Assembly (NCBI GenBank): GCA_945948625.1
Contig: CAMFBT010000001.1
Coordinates: 1-41,569 of the forward strand
Origin: an uncultured Mycoplasmatota bacterium
GTDB lineage: Bacteria; Bacillota_I; Bacilli_A; RF39; UBA660
Length of the DNA stretch: 41,569 nt
Reading direction: 5' to 3'
Part shown: positions 26,001-34,461 of the stretch, piece after piece
How the letters are laid out: each line of letters starts with the position of its first letter
Numbering within the stretch: position 1 is the stretch's first letter
Made by a program: the position numbers and the translations under genes
Notes under the pieces: model-generated
Told to the model about the DNA's origin: nothing
The model's input: only the letters and a program-made list of their open reading frames with translations
Databases searched by the model: none

Positions 26001-29000
26001 GACCTAAAAGGAAAACCAAATGGAAATATAACAGTAACAATAAATAATGGCACAATTGAAAATACTTATGGTGGAGGAAACGAAACATCCGCTAATGAAA
26101 CAAATGTGTATTTAAATGGAGGCACATCAACTAAATTATTTGGAGGTTCAAATAAAAATGGAGATGTTGTAATTAGTAATGTCACAGCAACAGGTGGAAC
26201 TTGTGAAACTTTATATGGAGGAAATAATGCTGGTGGCACCACCGGAACAACAAATGTTTTAATAAATGGTGGAACTATAAATACAGTATATGGAGGTGGT
26301 GATAAAACCTCAGTAACTACAAGTACAAATGTAGTAGTAAATAATAAAGTAGATACTATTTTTGGTGGCTCAAACCTATCAGGAAACATACCTCTATCAA
26401 ATATTGAAGTAAATAATGCAATAATAAATGCCGTGTATGGTGGTAATAATCAAGGTGGAAAAGTAGAAACAACTAATGTAAACATAAATGGTAATTTTAT
26501 CGATTCTGTATATGGTGGAGGATTAAAAGCTGAAACTACAACTACAAATCTAAATTTAAATTATGGATTAATAAAGAATGTTTATGGTGGAGGAAACGAA
26601 GCTGGAGCTAATGAAACAAATGTTAATTTAGGAGGAGCGGACATAATTAATCTGTTTGGAGGCTCAAATAAAAGCGGAGATGTACAAAATACATATATAA
26701 AAAATATAGAAGATTTCGTAGTTAGCGATTTATCAGCAGAATTTACTATTAGTCAGTCCAATATAAATCAAATTGGAGCTACAGATATTTCTGGAAGTGA
26801 AACTATTACCGTAGAGATAAATAATAATACAGGAGTAACTTTATCAGAATGGGATTTATATATATTAACAAGTGAAAGTATATTTGATTCAAACTGGAGT
26901 TCATCAGAAGTAGAATTTGATAGTATTAATAATATATATCATATAGATGAAACAAATCAGTGGTACGGTACAAATAGTTTAAATAATGGAACACCATTTA
27001 CTTTTGAATTTAATATTCACTCATATGATACATATGAAAACTTTAAAATATATAGTTATATGCTAATAGGATATGATACTAATGGTAATCAATATACAAG
27101 CAAGTTAACCGTAGATAAAATGTATGGTGGAAATAATTTAGGTGGAATTACTAATAATGCTCAAATAGATTTAACCGCAGGTAGTATTAATGTCTTATTT
27201 GGAGGAGGAAATAAAGCAAGTGTAACAAATTCTAGCACAAATATTGATAATGTAGTTATAAATGAAGAAATCTATGGAGGAGGAAATGAAGCTGATGTTT
27301 CATCAGTAATTTTAAATATAAACAATTCTGAAGTAGGAAATATAACAAAAAAAGGAGTAGTTTATGGCGGAGGAAATGCTGCTAAGGTAACAAATAGTTT
27401 AGAACTAAATATAAATTCTTCAGAAATAAATGGTAATATTTATGGTGGAGGAAATAAAGGAAAAGTAGAAACAAAAGCTAAAACTACTATTACTACAAGT
27501 CATATAACAGATAATATCTATGGCGGAGGAAATGAAGCTGAAGTTCAAACCACAGAAGTAAATATAAAACAAAATACTAACATAGATAAGAATATTTATG
27601 GTGGAGGAAATCTAGGTACTGTATTAGGAGAAGCAAATACTGTAATAGAAAACTCAAATATAACAAATAGTGTTTTTGGTGGAGGAAATGCTGCTGAAGT
27701 ACAAGGGAATGCTAATGTAACCATTCATAATAGTATAATTGATGAGGCTATTTATGGTGGAGGAAATGGCGAATATTCAATTGTACCAGGAGATGAAATA
27801 GGAGATCAAAATCCAGCAAAAGTATTAGGAAATACGAACTTATTAGTAGATGAAAATACCAAAGTCAAAACCATTTACGGTGGAGGAAATCTAGGAAAAG
27901 TAAATAAAGATACTAAAATAGAAATAAAAAATATAACAGTTACTGATTCAATTTATGGTGGAGGAAATGCTGCCATTGTAGGAGAAAATACTAATTTATA
28001 TGTATCAAATGTAAATGTAACAAATAGTATATATGCTGGAGGAAATGGTTTATTAGCAGTAGTATATGGAAATACAAACCTAGATATCGATAATAATACA
28101 GTAGTAGGAAAACATGTTTTTGGTGGAGGAAATGCTGCTGCCACTGGTACTGAAGAAAACAATAATTCTAAAGGAATAGTAAACATAGTAGGAGCAACAA
28201 TAAATGGCAATGTTTATGGAGGAGCTAATACCTCACAACTATATGGTGATACTACAGTAAATATAGGAAACTTAACAAGTAGTAACCAAAACCTAATAAA
28301 ATCTGATATTGTAATAGAAGGAACGGTATTCGGTGGAGGAGAAGCAAATGCTAGTGGTAGTGAAGAATATGATTATTCCTTCATAAGTGTAACAGTAGGA
28401 ATAAAAATTAATATTAACGGTTCTGGACATGATACATTTACAATAAAAGGATCAATATTTGGAAGTGGTAATGCTTCTTCAACTACAGGATATAGTTATA
28501 TAGATATCAAAAACTATGGAACAAAAGAAGATATAAAGAGAAATATATCAATTCAGAGGGCAAATATTGTAACATTAGATAATTCATATATTGAATTAAA
28601 AGGTGCAACAGATAGAACAAATGAGTATTCAACAGTATTGTTCTCTTTGAGTAGAATAGATGAATTAAAACTAATAAATAATACATCATTATATCTTCAA
28701 AATGGAGGTAACTTAGTCAAAAAATTATCTAGTTTAACTATAGAAAATAATATTGAAACAAAAGCACAAGTAACTATAGATACTGAAACAAATACTTTTA
28801 CTAGAAATACTAATAATAGAATATATATGTTAGAAGGAAAAAATCTAAATATAGCTACAAATGAAAATATAACATCATTTGGTGAAGTATCTGGAATGAC
28901 TTTCTTTGGTATGTATTTAAATAGTATAAATGGTGATATAGTAACAGCATTATATAATGATTATGATCCATCAGCATCTGTATCATCAGGAGATATTTAT

Positions 29001-31076
29001 TACTTTACAAAAGGTAGTTATGTACTTGGAATGCATAAAACAAATCATGACATAACTGAAGATGGGTTCTATACCAATTATGGAAATGAAGAAGGAAATG
29101 GCATAATAATAAACTATATTGAACCAACTCCAGATAATTCAGATTTCTATATGTGGTCAGTAGGAGAAAAAGTAGATTCATATGAATTAACACTTACAGC
29201 ATCAAAATATTCAACACTTGGTACATATGAATTATCACTATTAAATCATGCAACTGCTAACACAAAATTCTCTATATTAGGTTTTAACTATTCAGCATTA
29301 GATCAAAATATAGTATTAACAGATTATAGAAATATACCTAGAATAGCAGCAACCGAAGAAGATGCAAATACCATTTTTGGATTAAATATGAAATCAGGAC
29401 AAAATGGTTGGATAACAAAAGGAAGTACTAATTTTATAACTGGAGAAAATACAAATGTACAAGGAACAATAGATTATCAAAGAGAAAACTTAGAAGGGGC
29501 TCCTAGTTTAGTATTTTACTTCTACCATTCTAAAAATTTAACTGAAACCCAAAATCTTGGTAGTGTAACAATTTCATTAGTGGCTATAACACCAATAGAT
29601 GATTTAAATAATGAAGTAAAAAGAATAAATATAAATGTAAACTTAAATACAGCATTATATAATACCAATGATTATGAAGGAACTATAACACCAGGAAAAA
29701 AATATGAAATGTTTGCAACTAGTCCTGTAGATATAACAACAAAGAGTAGTTTCAGTGCTTACTATTCATTATATATGGAAAGCGAAACAACACCATATAA
29801 AACTGGATACCATCGTAGTTTAGTATCAACATATTTATTACCAGTAAATACAGAATTAACGATGATTGATTTCCATGTTGAAGATAAACCTGTATACTAT
29901 TATTATACAGTAACAGAAGATGACTATACTTCTTTAGAAGAAGAATATAATCTATATGGAGAAGTATCATATCCATTATCTAAATTTATAAAAATGGGTA
30001 GTACAAGTCCTAATAATAATTATGATGATGCAACCGCTAATACAATATATTATAAAGATGAAAAAGCAATTGAAGAATTTATCTTTATGGTTGACTTTAA
30101 AGATACTAATATTGAGACAGACATCCTAGATAAATCACTATTAATTGAATTAAGAAATAATGATAATCAAACACTAATAAGTGTATTAGGAATAGAACAG
30201 TCCACTATGAAATACAATCTATATAATAATAGAGAAGGAATAATCGAATTATCAGGAAACTTATCTCAAAATACTATTTATCGAGGTAAGAGTACTAACT
30301 TAACATTAGATACAAACTTTATTCAAGATAAAATATCTACAAATACAATCTTTGATACTAACTTTGATGAGCAAAAATTAGGTATAAAGATAACAATTCT
30401 AGATAGTAGAGGAACTCCTCTTACAAGTTCAAGTTTAATGGGAATAAATTATACCTTCAATGGTAATACATATTATCCAAGATATGATGGTACGGTAAGA
30501 ATAAATATTACTGAAAAAGTTGCAAATGCAAGATCAAAGATAATAATTAATACTGAAAATAGTAATCTTTCAAGTGGTGAATATACCCTTCTAATAGAAT
30601 CATTTGGTTCAGCAGATGGAATATATTATGGATTAAATTCATCAGATCAGTTAGAAATAACATTTAATATAGTTGATAATATTTATGGTTTAAAAGTAAC
30701 CACGGATGATAAAATGCTATTTATAAATAAAGATACCGGTTTCACATTAAATGGTAATAATAGTTATGTATATAAGGTAGAATATACATCTGGATTATCT
30801 AATCCAAATACTAGATTAAAATTATTAAGAAGAGATTATACTTCAATATATACAAATGTTTATAACGAAGTAGATTTAAAAGATTATGTAACAAATACAT
30901 TAGAAATAACTTCTAATGACAAAGAATACTATCTGTCTAAAACACCAGTAAATGAAACAACATATTTCTTATACTTTAAAGAAAATTTACCAAATGGGAC
31001 CTATAAATTAGTAGTATCACTATATGATGATAATAACTATATAGGAGAAACATACCAATACATAATAATAAAATAG
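23025..31076 (+). CDS. Giant (about 2,680 aa) secreted beta-solenoid protein with a SipW-type-like N-terminal signal; putative fibre-borne adhesin
   Basis: One uninterrupted ORF. I prefer the GTG at 23025, 5 nt after AGGTGG, over the track start at 23016. The N-terminus is a KLKRKIKALK n-region, then LLVGTSSLLLLIIGI, then TTYFTTYSD. It contains dozens of [VI][YF]GG[GSN]N repeats and has no C-terminal LPXTG or TM anchor. Confidence 0.85.
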   Translation: MQKLKRKIKALKNNTKFKVRLLVGTSSLLLLIIGITTYFTTYSDLILEFSEDPDYIESSIKNNKVIVNDLENDYNYYQGQNYLDNDGTLPTTDNKNIYNDSTLVQAKITYYSDDDNNHKGYVSSSERQDTYIYFKTFYVNNNGTDDTTDDYVLIELIDNPFTDRPTDKAFNGWFTDYNGATLSFNKDYYERYAKVPVTYTDNKPNKIEITFRASWVGAKITTITSSNSWNSTIESLNTPEMHKLETIINIYEDVDMTGYYHQVSVRFFDSCTGYYNNRGQRQNNCTCYSFGGCTYYDLINGENFNENATYYELQNNNMQLVDNSTINRPLIETIEDTSYENGIMSSFYRKILVPRGSSIIGYYDSTGNIMTSGSCTTDGGCTYYELINYYKSNSTPEIYDENEEYYYLTTRDTNIIVMGSNIEGTWSTTEDIPFTVTALNNGTQNNVTWNANSAINCYSDVRIENITLYYDSVITEIYDPPSNTMASGVLYGRYNNVKLGRGLTQNGSYPTLRAVIGGSNSSIGSNNSPAKYKLVIESGIYNSISLTNGATRYGGSTIYVKNKGVYGNDYDRVIKDNDSLDVYYCASGSWSGTVYASTNSATSSDIALDLVVKNGSFGSSKYDLSTGIYVGGRYAGTHNAARRAKIEGGYIYNLIGGPLTSSRRSSVNDTYINMTGGEVDIIIGGAGTTATYGNRIISVTGGTVNYSVFGGSNGAKGNEGDGTLNGTPYIYIGGTATIGNDTNISNNNKLFGAESGSVFGIGNGKENSSTIGSADNSIIIIDGNSNIKRNIYGGGNYGATGVSSSLSSTYSTIIINDGFIDGDVYGGGNNNGSGSESKTSTVSITMNGGNVVGSIYGGSNELGTIYGSTNVNIFGGEVSNNVYGGGRGGYISDSAIGTFVVSDVNIVIGDSNSTYTPIIDGSVYGGSAFGSVNGSENTNTVSSSKTNVTINKGIINNVFGGGQGNNTYTPYVLGNIEVTVNNGTITNVYGGNDLKGKPNGNITVTINNGTIENTYGGGNETSANETNVYLNGGTSTKLFGGSNKNGDVVISNVTATGGTCETLYGGNNAGGTTGTTNVLINGGTINTVYGGGDKTSVTTSTNVVVNNKVDTIFGGSNLSGNIPLSNIEVNNAIINAVYGGNNQGGKVETTNVNINGNFIDSVYGGGLKAETTTTNLNLNYGLIKNVYGGGNEAGANETNVNLGGADIINLFGGSNKSGDVQNTYIKNIEDFVVSDLSAEFTISQSNINQIGATDISGSETITVEINNNTGVTLSEWDLYILTSESIFDSNWSSSEVEFDSINNIYHIDETNQWYGTNSLNNGTPFTFEFNIHSYDTYENFKIYSYMLIGYDTNGNQYTSKLTVDKMYGGNNLGGITNNAQIDLTAGSINVLFGGGNKASVTNSSTNIDNVVINEEIYGGGNEADVSSVILNINNSEVGNITKKGVVYGGGNAAKVTNSLELNINSSEINGNIYGGGNKGKVETKAKTTITTSHITDNIYGGGNEAEVQTTEVNIKQNTNIDKNIYGGGNLGTVLGEANTVIENSNITNSVFGGGNAAEVQGNANVTIHNSIIDEAIYGGGNGEYSIVPGDEIGDQNPAKVLGNTNLLVDENTKVKTIYGGGNLGKVNKDTKIEIKNITVTDSIYGGGNAAIVGENTNLYVSNVNVTNSIYAGGNGLLAVVYGNTNLDIDNNTVVGKHVFGGGNAAATGTEENNNSKGIVNIVGATINGNVYGGANTSQLYGDTTVNIGNLTSSNQNLIKSDIVIEGTVFGGGEANASGSEEYDYSFISVTVGIKININGSGHDTFTIKGSIFGSGNASSTTGYSYIDIKNYGTKEDIKRNISIQRANIVTLDNSYIELKGATDRTNEYSTVLFSLSRIDELKLINNTSLYLQNGGNLVKKLSSLTIENNIETKAQVTIDTETNTFTRNTNNRIYMLEGKNLNIATNENITSFGEVSGMTFFGMYLNSINGDIVTALYNDYDPSASVSSGDIYYFTKGSYVLGMHKTNHDITEDGFYTNYGNEEGNGIIINYIEPTPDNSDFYMWSVGEKVDSYELTLTASKYSTLGTYELSLLNHATANTKFSILGFNYSALDQNIVLTDYRNIPRIAATEEDANTIFGLNMKSGQNGWITKGSTNFITGENTNVQGTIDYQRENLEGAPSLVFYFYHSKNLTETQNLGSVTISLVAITPIDDLNNEVKRININVNLNTALYNTNDYEGTITPGKKYEMFATSPVDITTKSSFSAYYSLYMESETTPYKTGYHRSLVSTYLLPVNTELTMIDFHVEDKPVYYYYTVTEDDYTSLEEEYNLYGEVSYPLSKFIKMGSTSPNNNYDDATANTIYYKDEKAIEEFIFMVDFKDTNIETDILDKSLLIELRNNDNQTLISVLGIEQSTMKYNLYNNREGIIELSGNLSQNTIYRGKSTNLTLDTNFIQDKISTNTIFDTNFDEQKLGIKITILDSRGTPLTSSSLMGINYTFNGNTYYPRYDGTVRINITEKVANARSKIIINTENSNLSSGEYTLLIESFGSADGIYYGLNSSDQLEITFNIVDNIYGLKVTTDDKMLFINKDTGFTLNGNNSYVYKVEYTSGLSNPNTRLKLLRRDYTSIYTNVYNEVDLKDYVTNTLEITSNDKEYYLSKTPVNETTYFLYFKENLPNGTYKLVVSLYDDNNYIGETYQYIIIK
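24960..26697 (+). repeat. Coding repeat array 1 of the giant gene (about 24-26-aa GG-containing solenoid units); approximate bounds
   Basis: Successive units such as YGGGNETSANETNVYLNGGTSTKL, FGGSNKNGDVVISNVTATGGTCETL, YGGNNAGGTTGTTNVLINGGTINTV and YGGGDKTSVTTSTNVVVNNKVDTI. Confidence 0.7.
27120..28500 (+). repeat. Coding repeat array 2 of the giant gene (26-aa IYGGGN-x-A-x-V units); approximate bounds
   Basis: Five consecutive units of exactly 78 nt start at 27360, 27438, 27516, 27594 and 27672. There are at least six exact copies of TATGGTGGAGGAAA plus one-mismatch variants. Confidence 0.8.
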
Positions 31077-31084
31077 GAGGATTT

Positions 31085-31204
31085 ATGTCGAGAAAAGATA
31101 TCGAAGAATTAAGCGATGCAGATATAGTAGAATTATATAAAGAAATAAAAGATTTCATAGTTTTTCTTGAAAAAGAAATAATAGGTGATAATAATGCTAA
31201 ATGA
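31085..31204 (+). CDS. 39-aa acidic peptide, possible small ORF
   Basis: Not in the ORF track. A strong RBS (AGGAGGA) lies 4 nt before the ATG. The product is MSRKDIEELSDADIVELYKEIKDFIVFLEKEIIGDNNAK. It overlaps the next gene by 11 nt. Confidence 0.4.
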   Translation: MSRKDIEELSDADIVELYKEIKDFIVFLEKEIIGDNNAK

Positions 31205-32681
31205 ATATAAAAATAAAATTGAAGTTCAAAAAGAAGTATTATTATCACTTCCAAGAAATAATAATAAAAATGAAAAAGTATATCAAGCCAAAATAGGAGA
31301 GTTATTAGAAGAACTACAAAAAGAAAAAGAAGTAGTAGCAAGTGAAATCAGAAAAAGAAGAGATAGATATTTATCTTTAGAACATGACAAAAGTATAGAT
31401 TTACTTACAAAAGAAATAGACTTGCTACTACCATCTATCCATCTATTAAATAATTATAATTCTTCATATGAAAAAAGTAGTTTAGATATAATATTATATG
31501 AATTAGGACATTTCTATAAAACTGACTTAGAAAAAGTAAATAAAGATATAATAAAAGTATTAACAATCTTTTCTACAGTAGGAGTTACTTTAACGGAAGA
31601 AGACTTTAATTATAGTTATTATAGTGATAAATATATGAGAAAGATTCTATTACAAAGTACAAGTGAAGAAGAATTAAAAAACCATTTTGAAGAAATATAT
31701 TGGAAATGTCCTAATATAATAACACATATAACATTAAATCTAAAATATTTATACTATAAAAATAAAAAGAAATTTGATTTATATTATGAAAATAAAGTAA
31801 AAGAATTAGAAGATAGAAATATTATTGAAGCATATAAAGAATTATATATTGAAAGAGAACAAAAAGTAAAAAATGATGCTTATCTATTACAAGGTAGTTT
31901 TTTAGAAGGAAAACTAAATATAGGTGACTATACATTAGATAAAATAAATAAAGCATATAAATCAGTAATAGAGGACCTTCCATCAGAAAAAATAAATAGC
32001 GATATATTAAAGTTATATCATTCATTAATAGAATATAAAAATTACTTAGAATTTAATTATATAATAAATGATATAAAAGAACTATATAAAGAAAGAGATA
32101 AATATAAAAATATTTATAACAATAAGAAAAAAGAAATAGATAAGCTAGAAAGAGCACTTTCAAAGACTAATAAAAAAGTTTTAAAATTAATCTCCAAAGG
32201 AAAACAAGATAAAATAGATGTATTAAATAGTAAAATAAATATTAATATAAATAATTTAAAAAACCTATATGAAGAATTAGAAAAAAATTATTTTCTAGAA
32301 AAAATATCATTACTTGAAGATAGTACAACAATATATGATATTTTGTTATTAGCAATTTCTAATTATAATTACTTAATAGAATTACTAAAGAAAAATGAAA
32401 AAGACTTAGAAGAAATAAATAAATTAAATAATTTTATCAATAATCCTCATAACAGTATTTTAAATAACATTTTAATAGAAGAAGAAAAAGATTTAAGTAT
32501 GTTAATAATGGATAGATATAATTTATTTGGCTTTAATTTAACAAAAGAAAAACTAGAAAAAGATAATATTGAAAATTTAATAAAAGACTTAGAAATAATA
32601 TTAAATAGTATGGCAATGAATAGAGAAGGAATAACTGAAAATAGAATAAAGTTTATTAAAGAAACACAATATTTAGAATAA
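31194..32681 (+). CDS. Cytoplasmic helical, coiled-coil-rich protein of unknown function
   Basis: Start moved to the ATG at 31194, 5 nt after AGGTGA. It has no TM helix or signal peptide and shows Lys/Glu/Asn/Leu heptad-like stretches. Confidence 0.55.
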   Translation: MLNEYKNKIEVQKEVLLSLPRNNNKNEKVYQAKIGELLEELQKEKEVVASEIRKRRDRYLSLEHDKSIDLLTKEIDLLLPSIHLLNNYNSSYEKSSLDIILYELGHFYKTDLEKVNKDIIKVLTIFSTVGVTLTEEDFNYSYYSDKYMRKILLQSTSEEELKNHFEEIYWKCPNIITHITLNLKYLYYKNKKKFDLYYENKVKELEDRNIIEAYKELYIEREQKVKNDAYLLQGSFLEGKLNIGDYTLDKINKAYKSVIEDLPSEKINSDILKLYHSLIEYKNYLEFNYIINDIKELYKERDKYKNIYNNKKKEIDKLERALSKTNKKVLKLISKGKQDKIDVLNSKINININNLKNLYEELEKNYFLEKISLLEDSTTIYDILLLAISNYNYLIELLKKNEKDLEEINKLNNFINNPHNSILNNILIEEEKDLSMLIMDRYNLFGFNLTKEKLEKDNIENLIKDLEIILNSMAMNREGITENRIKFIKETQYLE

Positions 32682-32701
32682 ATATTTTACAAACAAATAC
32701 C

Positions 32702-32730
32702 TTGCATAAGAAAAAGTTATATGCTATACT
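32702..32730 (+). promoter_or_regulatory. Promoter of fibre-locus module B
   Basis: TTGCAT, a 17-nt spacer, then tgcTATACT (extended -10), 19 nt upstream of the ATG at 32750. Confidence 0.55.
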
Positions 32731-32749
32731 TAAAGTGTGGTGATAAATA

Positions 32750-33283
32750 ATGAAAAAAGTTTTAAAAATAATAGGAATAATACTAATAGTCATATATGCA
32801 GTAGTGGCTATAACACTTACAATATTTCTACTAAATTACAATAAATATAATATAACAGAAATAAATGATAAGTCATTAATAATTGTAAGAGATGAAGAAT
32901 TAAAACCAGATTTTCAAAAGGGAGATTTAGTAATAGTAAAGAAAAATCAAAATAAAGATATAAAAGTAGGAGATAAAATATTCTTTTATGACAATTATAA
33001 AGATATAGTTTCTGTTAATTTAGGAACAGTATTAGAAAAAGAATCAATAACAAAAGAGGAAACTACATATATTATGGATGGAGATTATGCTGTATCTAGT
33101 GAATATGTAATAGGAACTGCTAAAACAAGTAAATCTTATAGCAATTTAGGAACAATATTAGGAGTACTAGAATCAAGATTCGGTTTCCTATTTATGATAA
33201 TATTTCCTATACTTGTATTATTTATATATGAGATATATGCAGTAATAAGAGAATTAAAGAGTTCAAAAGAAGATGAAGAATAA
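32750..33283 (+). CDS. Catalytically dead SipW-like signal peptidase paralogue (module B)
   Basis: Paralogue of ORF 13892. IVRDEELKPDFQKGDLVIVKK aligns with IVSGSMEPTLNIKDLIVVKN of the active enzyme, so the nucleophile Ser is lost. The His box reads VNLGTVL. The C-terminal TM helix RFGFLFMIIFPILVLFIYEIYAV is conserved. Confidence 0.65.
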   Translation: MKKVLKIIGIILIVIYAVVAITLTIFLLNYNKYNITEINDKSLIIVRDEELKPDFQKGDLVIVKKNQNKDIKVGDKIFFYDNYKDIVSVNLGTVLEKESITKEETTYIMDGDYAVSSEYVIGTAKTSKSYSNLGTILGVLESRFGFLFMIIFPILVLFIYEIYAVIRELKSSKEDEE

Positions 33284-33872
33284 GAGAATATTAATAATAC
33301 TATCCATAATTTTAGTTTTTATAACAATATATATTATAAGAGATACTTATGGATTGTTTGAAAGTAAAAATACAATGATTATGGATAGCGGTGTAGCAAA
33401 GTGGAATGTATTAATAAATGGAACAGATATAAAAAGTGGTGATAATTTTATTGTAGATACTGTAAATATTGATAGTTCAGATAATGTTTTAGGTGGAAAA
33501 ATAGCTCCTGGAACTAAAGGATATTTTGATATAGTTATAAATCCAACAGATACAGAAACATCAATATTATATAGTATAACTTTTGATTTTAGCCAAGTAG
33601 TAGGTAGTATTACTATTGATAAAATAGAAGAACTTACAAGTGGTAATTTAATAAGAACAGGAGAAAATACTTATTCAAAAATAATAACATTAGAAGAAAT
33701 AGAAAATAAAGTAATAAACACAATTCGTGTTTACATAAAATGGAATAATATTGAGGAAAATAATGAAGAAGACAGTAAAATTGGAACAATAAAGGATAAT
33801 TTTATTAGTATTCCAGTATCAGTTTCAGTTATTCAATATTTAGGTGAACCAGTGGAAGAATATCAAAATTAA
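33273..33872 (+). CDS. Secreted TasA-like family protein, class-2 signal motif (RDTYGLFES)
   Basis: MKNKR n-region, a hydrophobic helix, then TYGLF. It is a paralogue of the minus-strand ORF 20326-20910. Confidence 0.6.
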   Translation: MKNKRILIILSIILVFITIYIIRDTYGLFESKNTMIMDSGVAKWNVLINGTDIKSGDNFIVDTVNIDSSDNVLGGKIAPGTKGYFDIVINPTDTETSILYSITFDFSQVVGSITIDKIEELTSGNLIRTGENTYSKIITLEEIENKVINTIRVYIKWNNIEENNEEDSKIGTIKDNFISIPVSVSVIQYLGEPVEEYQN

Positions 33873-33891
33873 TAATAAAGCGGTGATGTAA

Positions 33892-34452
33892 ATGGTAAAG
33901 TATATGAACAAAACATTTCAAGTTTTTCTTGATATCTTAGTATTTATAATCACCGTTTTAATTTTTTTTTCATTATATAATTTTATATCAATAAAACTAT
34001 TACATAAAGAATATCCCAATATATTAGGCTTTACAGCATTTGAAATAGTAAGTGGAAGTATGGAACCAACATTAAATATCAAAGATCTAATAGTAGTTAA
34101 AAATACCACAGATATAAAAAAAAATGATATCATAACCTATATAGATAATAAAGATTTTATAACACACAGAGTAATAAAAATTGAAGGCAACACATTAACA
34201 ACTAAAGGGGATTCAAATAACAGTAATGACGTCAGAATAGATAAAACAAAAATAATAGGGAAAGTAGTATTAATAATACCAAAAGGAGGATTAATAAGAG
34301 AAGTATTTACCACTCCTAAAGTAGTAATATCAATAGTAGTAACACTAATATTAATAAGTTTAAGTGTTTCTTATATACCCAAAAATAAAAGAAAACATAA
34401 AACAACACTAGATGATAAATTCGAGGATCCAAGTTGTATATTTAAGAAGTAG
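33892..34452 (+). CDS. sipW: Signal peptidase I, SipW/archaeal-ER type (S26B), module B
   Basis: The Ser box is EIVSGSMEPT (Ser codon at 34057-34059), followed by KDLIVVKN, the His box FITHRVIKI and TKGDSN. It has both N-terminal and C-terminal TM helices. Confidence 0.85.
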   Translation: MVKYMNKTFQVFLDILVFIITVLIFFSLYNFISIKLLHKEYPNILGFTAFEIVSGSMEPTLNIKDLIVVKNTTDIKKNDIITYIDNKDFITHRVIKIEGNTLTTKGDSNNSNDVRIDKTKIIGKVVLIIPKGGLIREVFTTPKVVISIVVTLILISLSVSYIPKNKRKHKTTLDDKFEDPSCIFKK

Positions 34453-34461
34453 GTGAGTAAT

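Noticed and set aside
26066-26389. Minus-strand ORFs rich in Pro/Phe/Val (26066-26389, 27953-28210 and 25659-25913) lie inside the giant gene.
   Set aside because: They are the antisense reading of GGN-GGN-AAT repeat codons (CCACC gives Pro-Pro). They have no RBS and lie entirely within a far longer, motif-rich sense ORF.
27360-27749. The regular 78-nt periodicity could superficially resemble a CRISPR or other non-coding tandem array.
   Set aside because: The period is a multiple of 3 within one long ORF. The conserved part is only about 15-17 nt and encodes YGGGN. There are no alternating unique spacers of fixed length, no leader and no cas genes.
30987-31001. LPNGT near the C-terminus of the giant protein, a possible sortase signal.
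   Set aside because: The residue order is L-P-N-G-T, not LPXTG. It lies 25 residues before the end, with no following hydrophobic segment or basic tail, and no sortase gene is present in the window.
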